Origin: an uncultured actinomycete
GTDB lineage: Bacteria; Actinomycetota; Acidimicrobiia; Spongiisociales; UBA5794
Assembly (NCBI GenBank): GCA_942491345.1
Contig: CALOAN010000044.1
Coordinates: 32,072-96,071 of the forward strand
Reading direction: 5' to 3'
Length of the DNA: 64,000 nt
Under the pieces are notes generated by a model. That model did no database searches. It saw only the letters and a list, made by a program, of their open reading frames with translations, and was not told the DNA's origin. The translations under genes and the position numbers were made by a program. Shown piece by piece: positions 40,166-48,687 of the stretch (the first letter of the stretch is position 1; each line of letters begins with the position of its first letter).

Positions 40166-40777
40166 TCAGTCGCCGCTACCGACCGACACCGCGGCTGAGG
40201 GTTCGGTCGCCCGGCCGCGAGGAGCGGAGGTGCGGGTACGAGGCGAATCTGCAGTCGTCCCTCGCTGGAGGACGATCCGCACGATCAGCAGCCCGACAAC
40301 CAGGACGCCTGCCCCGGCGTACAGACCGGTGACAATCGGGTTTGTTGTGTCGGTCCCGGCCAGGATCCCGTGGACCAGCGCCCCCGCAAATGTACCGAAT
40401 GCCAAGAAGTGGATCGTGCGCCACACCTTCTGACCGATGAGGCCCTTCACGTAGAAGCTCAACGTCACGACAGCGAGGCCGTAGAAGGAGGTGACGCCCA
40501 GCGCGACGGCTGTCGGTTCCCACGAGGCGGCACCGGGAACAAGCACATCGACCCACCCGAACTCGATGTACCGGTCCATGGTGAGCGCAACCATGTGGAC
40601 TCCGGTGGCGATGAGGGCACCGAGTCCGAGCGACTCGTGGAACCAGGTGAGCGGCTTGGCCTTGAACGCCCGGCCGAACAGCTTGGTCGACACGATCAGA
40701 CCCCAGATCGTTGAAGCAGCAACGAGGCCGAAGGCGACGAGACCGGACCCGCGTATGACAATCCACTCGATGTTCAT
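40166..40777 (-). CDS. Ferric-reductase-like / MsrQ-like di-heme transmembrane protein
   Basis: Six TM helices with four His in helices (WFHESLG, TGVHMVAL, TIHFLAF, ALVHGILAG). ATG 40777 overlaps the apbE stop (ATGA). Confidence 0.78.
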   Translation of the reverse strand: MNIEWIVIRGSGLVAFGLVAASTIWGLIVSTKLFGRAFKAKPLTWFHESLGLGALIATGVHMVALTMDRYIEFGWVDVLVPGAASWEPTAVALGVTSFYGLAVVTLSFYVKGLIGQKVWRTIHFLAFGTFAGALVHGILAGTDTTNPIVTGLYAGAGVLVVGLLIVRIVLQRGTTADSPRTRTSAPRGRATEPSAAVSVGSGD

Positions 40778-41625
40778 GCCGCCATCTCCAGCCCGGTCGT
40801 GGCATAGACGTTGCCGTCGCGCCACACGGCGAGCGCGCCACGGATCCACGGCTGGCGATCAGCCCACGCCAAACCATCCGCACCTTGAAGCAGGATTGCC
40901 TTGGCTGCGGCTTCCGCCTCGAGCGCGGTGGCAGTGATCGCAGACGCCTGTAGGACCGGTCCGACGCTCGGTTCCATGGTGCGGGGATCGATTAGATGGT
41001 TCGCCTCTCGATCCCCGAAACGCCAACGACGCCTGGAGACTGAACTCGTCGCGAGCGCACCAACCCCTAACAAGGCCGATGCTGTGATGTCTCCCCACGG
41101 ATCGACGATCTCCACCACGGCATCGGGCACAGCAGATCGAACGTCACCGCCGGCTGAGACGATGCACGCGTCCCCCCGCTCGACGGCCAGATCACAGGTC
41201 CATCCTTTTGCCACCCCGCCGAGGTCTATCGTTGTGCCTCGGCTGCGGGTGAGCACTGCTCCCTGCACCGACCACTCTGGTCTTGTCTCAACGACGGGGG
41301 CCGCTCTATCGCTTCGGTCGCGCACACCCTCGAAACTACGGTCGTAGCCCCAGGCGCGTACCGCAGTTCCCAAACCCGCGTCGACGAACCCGTGAGAGAT
41401 CGTCCGGGCCGTGTCCGCGGCGTGCATTACCTGGGCCATCAACGGGGAGAGCGATACTTCAGATGCCGGACAACGGTTGATGTGATTCAACTCGCTCTCG
41501 AGGAGGAAACGGCTGCACGTTCCCTCGACAGCATCAAAAAGGCGACGCGTCTCCACCATCGCGTCGTCGGTCGGGGCCGTGACGTCGACGGTCGTCCCCA
41601 TGGCCTGGAAAAGGTCTCGCTTCAT
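40774..41625 (-). CDS. apbE: ApbE-family FAD:protein FMN transferase
   Basis: MGTTVDV..., IDLGGVAKGWTCDLAVE, and HLIDPRT motifs typical of ApbE. Confidence 0.85.
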   Translation of the reverse strand: MKRDLFQAMGTTVDVTAPTDDAMVETRRLFDAVEGTCSRFLLESELNHINRCPASEVSLSPLMAQVMHAADTARTISHGFVDAGLGTAVRAWGYDRSFEGVRDRSDRAAPVVETRPEWSVQGAVLTRSRGTTIDLGGVAKGWTCDLAVERGDACIVSAGGDVRSAVPDAVVEIVDPWGDITASALLGVGALATSSVSRRRWRFGDREANHLIDPRTMEPSVGPVLQASAITATALEAEAAAKAILLQGADGLAWADRQPWIRGALAVWRDGNVYATTGLEMAA

Positions 41626-42011
41626 GATCCGGAACTCTGCACCGGTGCTGATGGCGCTGGAGCCGGTGCGGCCGGTGCCGCCGACGCCGGTGCTGCGGCC
41701 GAGCCGCCGCCTGAGGATCCGGCCACCACAACGGTGCGGGTCACGACCTGCGGCGGAGGTGGCGGCACCGGCGTGTAGCGAACAACAACGAGTCCACGCT
41801 CAGGCAGCTCTGGCACCGGTGCAAGAGTTGTTGTTGTGGTCGACGTAGTCGTCGGCGGTTCGAACGCCAATGGAAGCGCAGGCTCCTCGGCGGGTCCGGC
41901 GGCGTTTGTACTGCTCGCCACGGCGATTGCCGCGGTCCCCCAGGCCAGCGCCGCGCCGGTCCACGCGGCGATCTTCGCCCAACGCAGCGGGAAGAGCCTC
42001 CTGATCATCAC
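41622..42011 (-). CDS. Exported/TM-anchored Pro/Thr/Ala-rich low-complexity protein (129 aa)
   Basis: N-terminal hydrophobic helix followed by TTTSTTTTT, PPPPP and AP-repeat tracts. Both ends are coupled by ATGA overlaps. Confidence 0.55.
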   Translation of the reverse strand: MMIRRLFPLRWAKIAAWTGAALAWGTAAIAVASSTNAAGPAEEPALPLAFEPPTTTSTTTTTLAPVPELPERGLVVVRYTPVPPPPPQVVTRTVVVAGSSGGGSAAAPASAAPAAPAPAPSAPVQSSGS

Positions 42012-42409
42012 GGTGATACCTCTGCGGATTCGGCACCATCGGCCTGGGTTGCAATGGTCAGGGTGACTTCTCGTTCGATGAGGAGGGCGAGCACCGCAGG
42101 CGGCAGCGCCCCTTCAAGCTCGTCGGGAGCTGTGCTGGTGGCGTATCCATTCCCGTACAGCACCCGCGAGACCGCGTCTCCGACGCCGGCAAGGTCCGGT
42201 GTCGGAGCGGGAACGGTGATGACGACGGGATCTGTCGACGTCGTCGTGGTCACCGTCGCCGTGGTCGTTGAGGTTGGGGCGGGGGCAACGACCACGGGTT
42301 CAGGCGCCAACTCCTCGCCTTGACCGGCACCGAACATCGCGACCAGCGCGAACACACCGATCGCCATGACGGCGAGGCCCGCGGCAGTTGATGTCAACGT
42401 GGCTCTCAT
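42008..42409 (-). CDS. TM-anchored Thr/Pro-rich protein (133 aa)
   Basis: N-terminal TM (AAGLAVMAIGVFALVAMFGA), a Thr-rich linker, and a small C-terminal domain. Start overlaps the upstream stop (TGATG). Confidence 0.55.
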   Translation of the reverse strand: MRATLTSTAAGLAVMAIGVFALVAMFGAGQGEELAPEPVVVAPAPTSTTTATVTTTTSTDPVVITVPAPTPDLAGVGDAVSRVLYGNGYATSTAPDELEGALPPAVLALLIEREVTLTIATQADGAESAEVSP

Positions 42410-43047
42410 CAGTCGTCGTGATCGTCGTGGTCGTCGTGATTGTCGTGGTCGTCGTGGTCGTCGTGGTCGTCGTGGTCGTCGTCGTCGTCGTGGTCGTCGT
42501 CTTCGTCGTGGTCGTCGTCTTCGTCGTGGTCGTCGTGAGATGTCGGCGATTCGTTGTCCGGCGTGGACTGGTCATCCATCGTGGTTGTCGTCGTTGGGTC
42601 CGGCGAAGAATCGGCTACCGCAACGGTCCGAACCACCGGAGGTGGCGCGGGTGGGCCGGGCAACTCGAGTCCTTCCTCGGCACAGATCTGTCGGAGAGAG
42701 TCGAGCGCGGCCTGCTCGAGTTCGTTGATCGTGCCCTCGGCCTCACGCTCGACAAGTTCCCAGCCTTGTTCCCCGCATGCCGCCTCGAGGTCCGCCCTCG
42801 TGAACGTTGGCGGATCGGAGACGAAGACCGTCTCAACCGTGTCCGCTGCCGTCGTCGTCACGACGACCTCCGGCACCTCGGTCACGGCTACCGCCTCTGC
42901 CGTCTCTTCGGTTCCTACATCCCCGCTGTCTGAGATCACCGCAGCGGCTGCAACCGCACTGAGCGGCACAAGCAGCATTCCGAGGATCAAAGAGACCGTG
43001 AACACGCTGGACCGTGGTTTGTTGCCCTGGGACGAGCGATTTGTCAT
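42409..43047 (-). CDS. Secreted protein with a C-terminal ~43-residue His/Asp(-Glu) tail
   Basis: AGGAGG lies 5 nt before the ATG (taggaggtaaccATG). It has a signal/TM segment and a central Cys-pair domain. The tail is SHDDHDEDDDHDEDDDHDDDDDHDDHDDHDDHDNHDDHDDHDD. Confidence 0.65.
   Translation of the reverse strand: MTNRSSQGNKPRSSVFTVSLILGMLLVPLSAVAAAAVISDSGDVGTEETAEAVAVTEVPEVVVTTTAADTVETVFVSDPPTFTRADLEAACGEQGWELVEREAEGTINELEQAALDSLRQICAEEGLELPGPPAPPPVVRTVAVADSSPDPTTTTTMDDQSTPDNESPTSHDDHDEDDDHDEDDDHDDDDDHDDHDDHDDHDNHDDHDDHDD
42412..42540 (-). repeat. Coding trinucleotide microsatellite ((GTC/GTG)n on the plus strand, giving (GAC/CAC)n = Asp/His codons)
   Basis: Directly visible as gtcgtcgtgatcgtcgtggtcgtcgtgattgtcgtggtcgtcgtggtcgtcgtggtc... 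Confidence 0.9.
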
Positions 43048-43294
43048 GGTTACCTCCTAAGTGGACACTCTCAGTGGCCGAATACTGCCGATTCGAGGGA
43101 TAAGGGTGCGCTAAGCGCGCGTAAAGTGGTCGATAGATCTCGAGAGCGGCGCACCCAACACGTGGAGTGGTCGCTGCGTCGCGCGGACGAACCGGACGGA
43201 ACCAGCTTCACAGAATGATCACACTCTCCTCTTCGGTGCAACACACCCAGCCGTCAGAGTTGTCGCTGAAAGTTCCCGATACCAGGAGGACAAG

Positions 43295-43918
43295 ATGAAT
43301 CGACGAACCACGATCCTCGCGGCAGTCATCGCCGCGGTTGTCGCGCTTGCCGCCGTGCCCGCGCTCGCCCAAGAGGCGGGCACGGCAGAACGACCGGACC
43401 GGCCCCAACGCCTCCACCCACCGGCGTGGGTCGGCGAAACGGTTGATGAGTTGCGCGCACGAATCGCCGATCGAGTCGCGGCGGCAGAAGAGCGGATCGC
43501 CGATTCAGTTCGGCTCACCGGTGATCAGAAGGCACAGGCGATCGAGAATCTTGCAGACGCGACCGCCGCTATTGCCGCCGTCGACGAACCGGTCGAGATC
43601 GTTGGCACTGCGACGTCGCGCGCTCAACTCCAGCGGATCGCTTGGAGAGCCGAGAGAAGGGGCGAGACCCCCGACTACGAGGAACACATCGCTCGTGACT
43701 TGGTTCAGGACACTCGCCGCTACGACCATCTCGTCACGATCACCGGATGGGCGGGGGCCGCGGGCGTGGATGTGTCGGAGGTGAACGGCTACCTCGAGAA
43801 TGCGGCGGGACAGCTCTCGGCCGCAGACAGCGACGGCACCGTCGAGCAACGCCACGACGCGGTTCACATCGCGCGAGCGTGGATGACTCAGGCTCACACG
43901 ACCCTCATGGCCGAGTAG
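43295..43918 (+). CDS. Secreted helical protein of unknown function
   Basis: AGGAGGA lies before the ATG. Signal peptide ends AVPALAQEAG. The mature part is Ala/Glu/Arg-rich and helical. Confidence 0.6.
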   Translation: MNRRTTILAAVIAAVVALAAVPALAQEAGTAERPDRPQRLHPPAWVGETVDELRARIADRVAAAEERIADSVRLTGDQKAQAIENLADATAAIAAVDEPVEIVGTATSRAQLQRIAWRAERRGETPDYEEHIARDLVQDTRRYDHLVTITGWAGAAGVDVSEVNGYLENAAGQLSAADSDGTVEQRHDAVHIARAWMTQAHTTLMAE

Positions 43919-43952
43919 GACGGTCCAGCCGTATTCCGTATGCCGATCAATC

Positions 43953-43987
43953 GAGCGTGGTGCGACCACTTGCGGCGCACCACGCTC
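43953..43987 (+). terminator. Stem-loop (12-bp perfect stem, 11-nt loop) followed by cggTTTgggg
   Basis: GAGCGTGGTGCG (43953-43964) pairs with CGCACCACGCTC (43976-43987). It lies 35 nt after the stop at 43918. Confidence 0.5.
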
Positions 43988-44111
43988 CGGTTTGGGGCGA
44001 CCGACCTATTCGCGCCCAACCCCAAGGAACCGTTGAACTTCGCCGCCTCCGCCGCCGATAGACCTTCCCAGGAGAAGACCAACGGCGATTCCACCAGGTA
44101 GGCCACAGTCA

Positions 44112-46175
44112 ATGCGAGCTACGGACCCCGGTTCGGAACCGATCGGCGAGCCGATCCCCGGAAACACTCACGGATCGAGAACAGGCAACCAAAGGCCCGT
44201 TCGCGTTCTTCTTGTTGGCGACGGCGCCGCCATGCCGAAGATCCACCAGCGATTGGCCGATGGCGTCGCCGAGGGCCGCTACGACGTAGACAGCGTTGAG
44301 ACCCTTCCGGACGGATTCGGGGCCATCGTCGCCGCCGAGCATGACGTCTACGTCGTCGATCACTATGTCGGCGTCCGGACGGGGTTCGATCTCCTGGCAC
44401 GCATCAACGAAGAAGGAATCAAGGCACCAATTGTGTTCGTTGCCGGTGCCAGCGATCACGGAACGGGAGTCACCGCCGTGGGAGCAGGCGCCGCCTGCTA
44501 CATCGTAGAAGACGCGATTGATTCTGATCTGCTCGACAAATGCCTGGTCCAGGCGATGGAGCAGCAGACCACCCTCTCTCAATTGAACCAAGCCGGAGTC
44601 ACCATCGAGGGAGTCCCACCGACGAAGGCGCAGATCCTTTCGCACATCGCAGATCGCTTGAGGAATCCCGCCGCCGACATACTGGATGCCGCACGCGACT
44701 CCTTGATGTACGCCCTCCCGGCGCACACGGTCGAATCGCTCGCATCGATTGAGGACCAAGCCAACGGCCTCCTCACCTTGGCGAACGATCTTGTCGATCT
44801 CTCCATGCTCGAGGCCGGCCACCTCGAATTCGCAGCGGCAGAATTCAGCCTGCGCGGCCTGGTTTCGAATGTGAAACGGCTGCTCGACCCGACCACGACG
44901 GCACGGCCCGTCGAGATTGTCGACGACGTCGCCAAAGACGTGCCGGACGTTCTTGTCGGAGATCCCGGTCGGCTGAGGCGCATCATCGCCCGCTTCATCG
45001 AGTCGGTTACGGAGCGCACCTCCGCAGAGCGAGTTGTTCTCAACATCGCAGTGGTGGAACGCAACACCACCACCGTCACGCTGCGGTTCGGGGTCGACGC
45101 CGCAACCAACGAAACCCCCTCCCCCAGCGACGATGACGGGCAACTCCTTGCGGGTGAGGAGCGGGTGGCCCTGGGCTTGCCGGTTGTGCTCGAGACGCTA
45201 TCGCGCATGGGTGGTCGTGTTTCGGTGGACGGCGACGGGGACCAAACAGCAGGAATCCAGTTCACGATTCGACTCCAGATGGCTGCCGATCCGGTCGCGA
45301 CCCCGCAACAAGACGTCGAGGAGACGCACACCGACCGGCCGGTTCTCATCATCTCGGACTCCATCACCGACCGTCGCTCAATGGTGAAGACCCTCAGCGA
45401 AGCAGGGATGGCACACGTTGTCGCAACGAGCGTTGACGAGTGGATCGAGACCAGAACAGCCAGCATCGACAACCCCGAGATGCCCGCCCTCGCACTCATC
45501 GACTCAACCAAGGATTCCTTTGCCGAAGCGGACCGCTTCACTCAGCGCACCCCCTCGTTGATCCCCATCGTGGTCGTCGCCAACTCCGGTCGGCGTGGGG
45601 ACGCGGCCCGGTGCCGCCACCACGGCGTCAGCGGCTACCTCGCGAAACCGATCGAGCCCGGCGACCTCGTTGATGTCGTCACATCAACAATGAAGCTCGC
45701 CAACTCAGGAGATCGGACGACTTTGGTTACCCGATACTGGGTCCGCGACGGACGGCCGAGCCTCAGCGTGCTAGTCGTCGACGACAGTCAGACGAACCGC
45801 TTCCTCATGACGCGCATGCTCGAAGAGCGCGGGCACTCAACCACCATCGCCACGGACGGCCTCGAAGCCGTCGAGATGGTCGAACGCGCTGACTTCGACG
45901 TCGTGCTGATGGACGTCATGATGCCGGGCATGGACGGGCTGGAGGCCACGCGGATCATCTGCGAGCGCCGGGCCGATCCTTCGCGCCGCCCGCTCATTGT
46001 GGGCGTGTCGGCATTCACCGACGAGACAAGCCAGGAACGCGGTCGTGCGGCCGGAATGGCCGCCTTCCTGGCGAAACCCATTCGCCCCGACGACCTCTAC
46101 GCCGCAGTCGAACAGCAAGTGCCGGACGGGACAGAAGCAGGTCCGGAGCCCGAAGCCGAGGTAGCGGCCGGCTGA
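44112..46175 (+). CDS. Soluble hybrid histidine-kinase-like protein: REC-like, HisKA-like, degenerate HATPase, REC, REC
   Basis: H-box-like SHIADRLRNPAADIL. ATPase region lacks a clear N-box Asn and DxGxG. The middle REC has ALIDS...LAKP. The C-terminal REC is canonical (VLVVDDSQTN...VLMDVMMPGMDG...LAKP). No TM segments. Confidence 0.78.
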   Translation: MRATDPGSEPIGEPIPGNTHGSRTGNQRPVRVLLVGDGAAMPKIHQRLADGVAEGRYDVDSVETLPDGFGAIVAAEHDVYVVDHYVGVRTGFDLLARINEEGIKAPIVFVAGASDHGTGVTAVGAGAACYIVEDAIDSDLLDKCLVQAMEQQTTLSQLNQAGVTIEGVPPTKAQILSHIADRLRNPAADILDAARDSLMYALPAHTVESLASIEDQANGLLTLANDLVDLSMLEAGHLEFAAAEFSLRGLVSNVKRLLDPTTTARPVEIVDDVAKDVPDVLVGDPGRLRRIIARFIESVTERTSAERVVLNIAVVERNTTTVTLRFGVDAATNETPSPSDDDGQLLAGEERVALGLPVVLETLSRMGGRVSVDGDGDQTAGIQFTIRLQMAADPVATPQQDVEETHTDRPVLIISDSITDRRSMVKTLSEAGMAHVVATSVDEWIETRTASIDNPEMPALALIDSTKDSFAEADRFTQRTPSLIPIVVVANSGRRGDAARCRHHGVSGYLAKPIEPGDLVDVVTSTMKLANSGDRTTLVTRYWVRDGRPSLSVLVVDDSQTNRFLMTRMLEERGHSTTIATDGLEAVEMVERADFDVVLMDVMMPGMDGLEATRIICERRADPSRRPLIVGVSAFTDETSQERGRAAGMAAFLAKPIRPDDLYAAVEQQVPDGTEAGPEPEAEVAAG

Positions 46176-46195
46176 CCGAACCGACCCTGCGCCAG

Positions 46196-46228
46196 GTCTC
46201 GAATCTCGTGTCTCGAATCTCGTGTCTC
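46196..46228. repeat. Tandem direct repeat, 14-mer x about 2.4 (gtctcgaatctcgt)
   Basis: gtctcgaatctcgt gtctcgaatctcgt gtctc, in the convergent intergenic gap. Confidence 0.85.
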
Positions 46229-46230
46229 CC

Positions 46231-48678
46231 CTACTCCATCACCCGCAGGGTGGACGGCAAGTCCATCTTTCTCAGCTTCCGTGGCGCGGTCAGGAGGGGG
46301 GCGAGCCCAACCGCGACCACACCAACACCTACGGCCCAGAACAAGGTCGCCGGACTCATCTCGACCGGAATGGCGATCTCAGGCATCGTCTGCGCCCACT
46401 GGGTGATGAAGTATCGGAAGAGCGCGAACCCCCCAACAAGACCGACGATCGTGGCCACCACACCGACGATCGTGCTCTCGGCAAGCAGCATCCGCACGAC
46501 CGTTCGAGGCCGCACACCGTAGGCAAACATGGTGGCGTTCTCTCTCCGGCGTTCATCAACCGCGATCGAAGCTGCGTTGAATGCAATCAGGACCGCGAGG
46601 ACCAGAACGACGATCTCGAACACTTGGAACACCCCGACGAACTGTGACATCAGGTCCTCCATGAGCTGGGCCATCGCGTCGGCACGTTGCACTGATGTGA
46701 CCTGGCCGATCGTGAGGAAGTCGGCCTGCAGGTCCCCGATCTCGACACCGTCGGCCGGCACGATGGAAGCGATATTCGCAAGGTTCTCCAGGCCGAGTAC
46801 TCCGGCGTGAGCCGTCGACATGTAGGCGACGGAGCGGAACGGATGCCCGTTGATTCCCGAGACGGTCAGATCCATCGTTTCAAGGGCATAGGAGTACGGA
46901 CCGGTGCGCCGCGGGAGTCGTACGGTCAGCGCTTCACCGACGTCCACGTCGAGGTCGGACGCAGCCTTCGGGGCGATCACGATCCCGGGCTCACCGCCGG
47001 GGACGGATCCCTCGACCACGTTGGGTTGGAACATCCCGTTCTCCCAGTCCACGAACTCGACGACCGCTTCGATGGCATCGCTCCCCGTGCCGAGTTCACC
47101 TCCGACGCGCAAGATCGCCTCACCATCGGAGATCAGAGGCGAGGCCAACACTGCCCCCACCGGACCGTCGTTGGCCGGGTACACAGAATCCATCTCGACG
47201 ATAACTCGGTCGGCGACGCCGCCGGATGCCTCCTCGCCGCCCTTCTCGATGGCGCCGAAGAACGAGTCGATCGCAGCGACGAGCATGACCAGCACGGCAA
47301 TCGTCGCACCGATCCCCAGCGCAGTGAGCAATCCGCGTCGCGGTGCGCGCATCACGTTGCGTACCGGCATCTGGGCGAAGGTGTCGCCCGGGAGCCGGAC
47401 CTTCCTCACCAACGGCGCCAGCCCTCCGCCTCGCGACGCAAGGTGGCCCGTGCGGATGGCGTCAACAGGTGAGACACGGATCGCCCGCCACACGGGGATC
47501 GAAACGGCAATCAGCGGAATCGCCAAACCGACGAGCGCGGCCACGAGGAAGAGGTCCCATTGTGTGGGTGTGAGCCATACGGGCATGGGAAGGAATGATT
47601 CGAGAAAGCCACGGAGTGCGGCGGCGATTGTCCAGCCCATCAGAATCCCGAGCGCGACGCCGAGCAGCGAGATCTGCACCCCCATCAGCATCGGCCGCAA
47701 TGCGATCCATCGACGCTTCACCCCGAGTGCCATCGAGATCCCAATCTCGCGGCGAGTCTGATCGACCATTCGCGCGGTGAGATTCACGGCTGCGGCCGCC
47801 GAGCCCGCAAGAATCAGAATGGCGATGATGTTGAAGAACTGCTGATCTCCCTCGATGTCCTCATACATCACGGTGTACACCGCGTCGTCGTTGGTATCGG
47901 TGACGATCACACCAATGTCCGGCATGGCGGAGTCGAACGCTGCAGCCACCTCTGCAGCAAAGGCGTCGCGATCGGCGCCCGGCTCGAGTGTGATGACGAG
48001 ATCGTTGACCGAACCCGGAAGGCCGGCGATCTCGCCTGCAGTCTCGAGCGACGTGAACACGGCGGCGTAACTCGCCTGCGCGAAGATGCCTCCTCCCTCC
48101 GAGATGACCATGAAGTACTCGGGGGTGTTGGCATGCCCCACATACTCGAGTTGGCGGCCACCGCTGAGGGTGAGTGAACCTTGGGCCGGGAGGTCGTAGT
48201 AGACGGCGAAGTTGCGCTCGATGAGTGCCGTCGGCTGTCCGCGGTCACCCTCGTCGAGCGAGCGACCTGCCTTCGGGTAGATAGCGTTGATCTTCGGCCC
48301 GCCGTCTGCGATCGAGACGCCGATGACCTCGCCTCGAACGACAATATCGCCGTCTTTGGTGGGTGTCGCCACTTGGTTCGGCACGCGCAGGCGCTCTTCC
48401 GCGTCGGCGACGATGCCGTTCCGGTCGGCGTTTGCCACGACCCCAACCATCGAACCTGCGTCAACGGCGGATCCGTCGGCAAGCTCAACCCGCAGGTCGT
48501 ACATATTCAGCACGTCGTATGCGTTGTCTGCCGTGATCTGGCGCCAGCGTGTATTCGAGGACAGGCCCGAGTAGGCGCCGACTCCGAGGGCGATGATGAG
48601 CGCGATGACGACCACCTGCACCCATCGCGAACGCAGGTCACGCCAAGACCACCGCATCCACATTGAGAACGATTTCAT
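46231..48678 (-). CDS. ABC transporter permease, FtsX/MacB-type with two FtsX domains
   Basis: 815 aa. Two 4-TM FtsX-like modules are each preceded by a large extracytoplasmic domain. It lies adjacent to a MacB/LolD-type ATPase. Confidence 0.85.
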   Translation of the reverse strand: MKSFSMWMRWSWRDLRSRWVQVVVIALIIALGVGAYSGLSSNTRWRQITADNAYDVLNMYDLRVELADGSAVDAGSMVGVVANADRNGIVADAEERLRVPNQVATPTKDGDIVVRGEVIGVSIADGGPKINAIYPKAGRSLDEGDRGQPTALIERNFAVYYDLPAQGSLTLSGGRQLEYVGHANTPEYFMVISEGGGIFAQASYAAVFTSLETAGEIAGLPGSVNDLVITLEPGADRDAFAAEVAAAFDSAMPDIGVIVTDTNDDAVYTVMYEDIEGDQQFFNIIAILILAGSAAAAVNLTARMVDQTRREIGISMALGVKRRWIALRPMLMGVQISLLGVALGILMGWTIAAALRGFLESFLPMPVWLTPTQWDLFLVAALVGLAIPLIAVSIPVWRAIRVSPVDAIRTGHLASRGGGLAPLVRKVRLPGDTFAQMPVRNVMRAPRRGLLTALGIGATIAVLVMLVAAIDSFFGAIEKGGEEASGGVADRVIVEMDSVYPANDGPVGAVLASPLISDGEAILRVGGELGTGSDAIEAVVEFVDWENGMFQPNVVEGSVPGGEPGIVIAPKAASDLDVDVGEALTVRLPRRTGPYSYALETMDLTVSGINGHPFRSVAYMSTAHAGVLGLENLANIASIVPADGVEIGDLQADFLTIGQVTSVQRADAMAQLMEDLMSQFVGVFQVFEIVVLVLAVLIAFNAASIAVDERRRENATMFAYGVRPRTVVRMLLAESTIVGVVATIVGLVGGFALFRYFITQWAQTMPEIAIPVEMSPATLFWAVGVGVVAVGLAPLLTAPRKLRKMDLPSTLRVME

Positions 48679-48687
48679 GTCCGCCTC

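Noticed and set aside
42300-42933. Poly-Thr ORF (42300-42575, minus) and poly-Val ORF (42388-42933, plus)
   Set aside because: These are alternative frames or strands of the (GTC/GTG)n microsatellite. The His/Asp frame is preferred because it continues a protein with an RBS, a signal peptide and an ordered domain, and is translationally coupled to the downstream genes.
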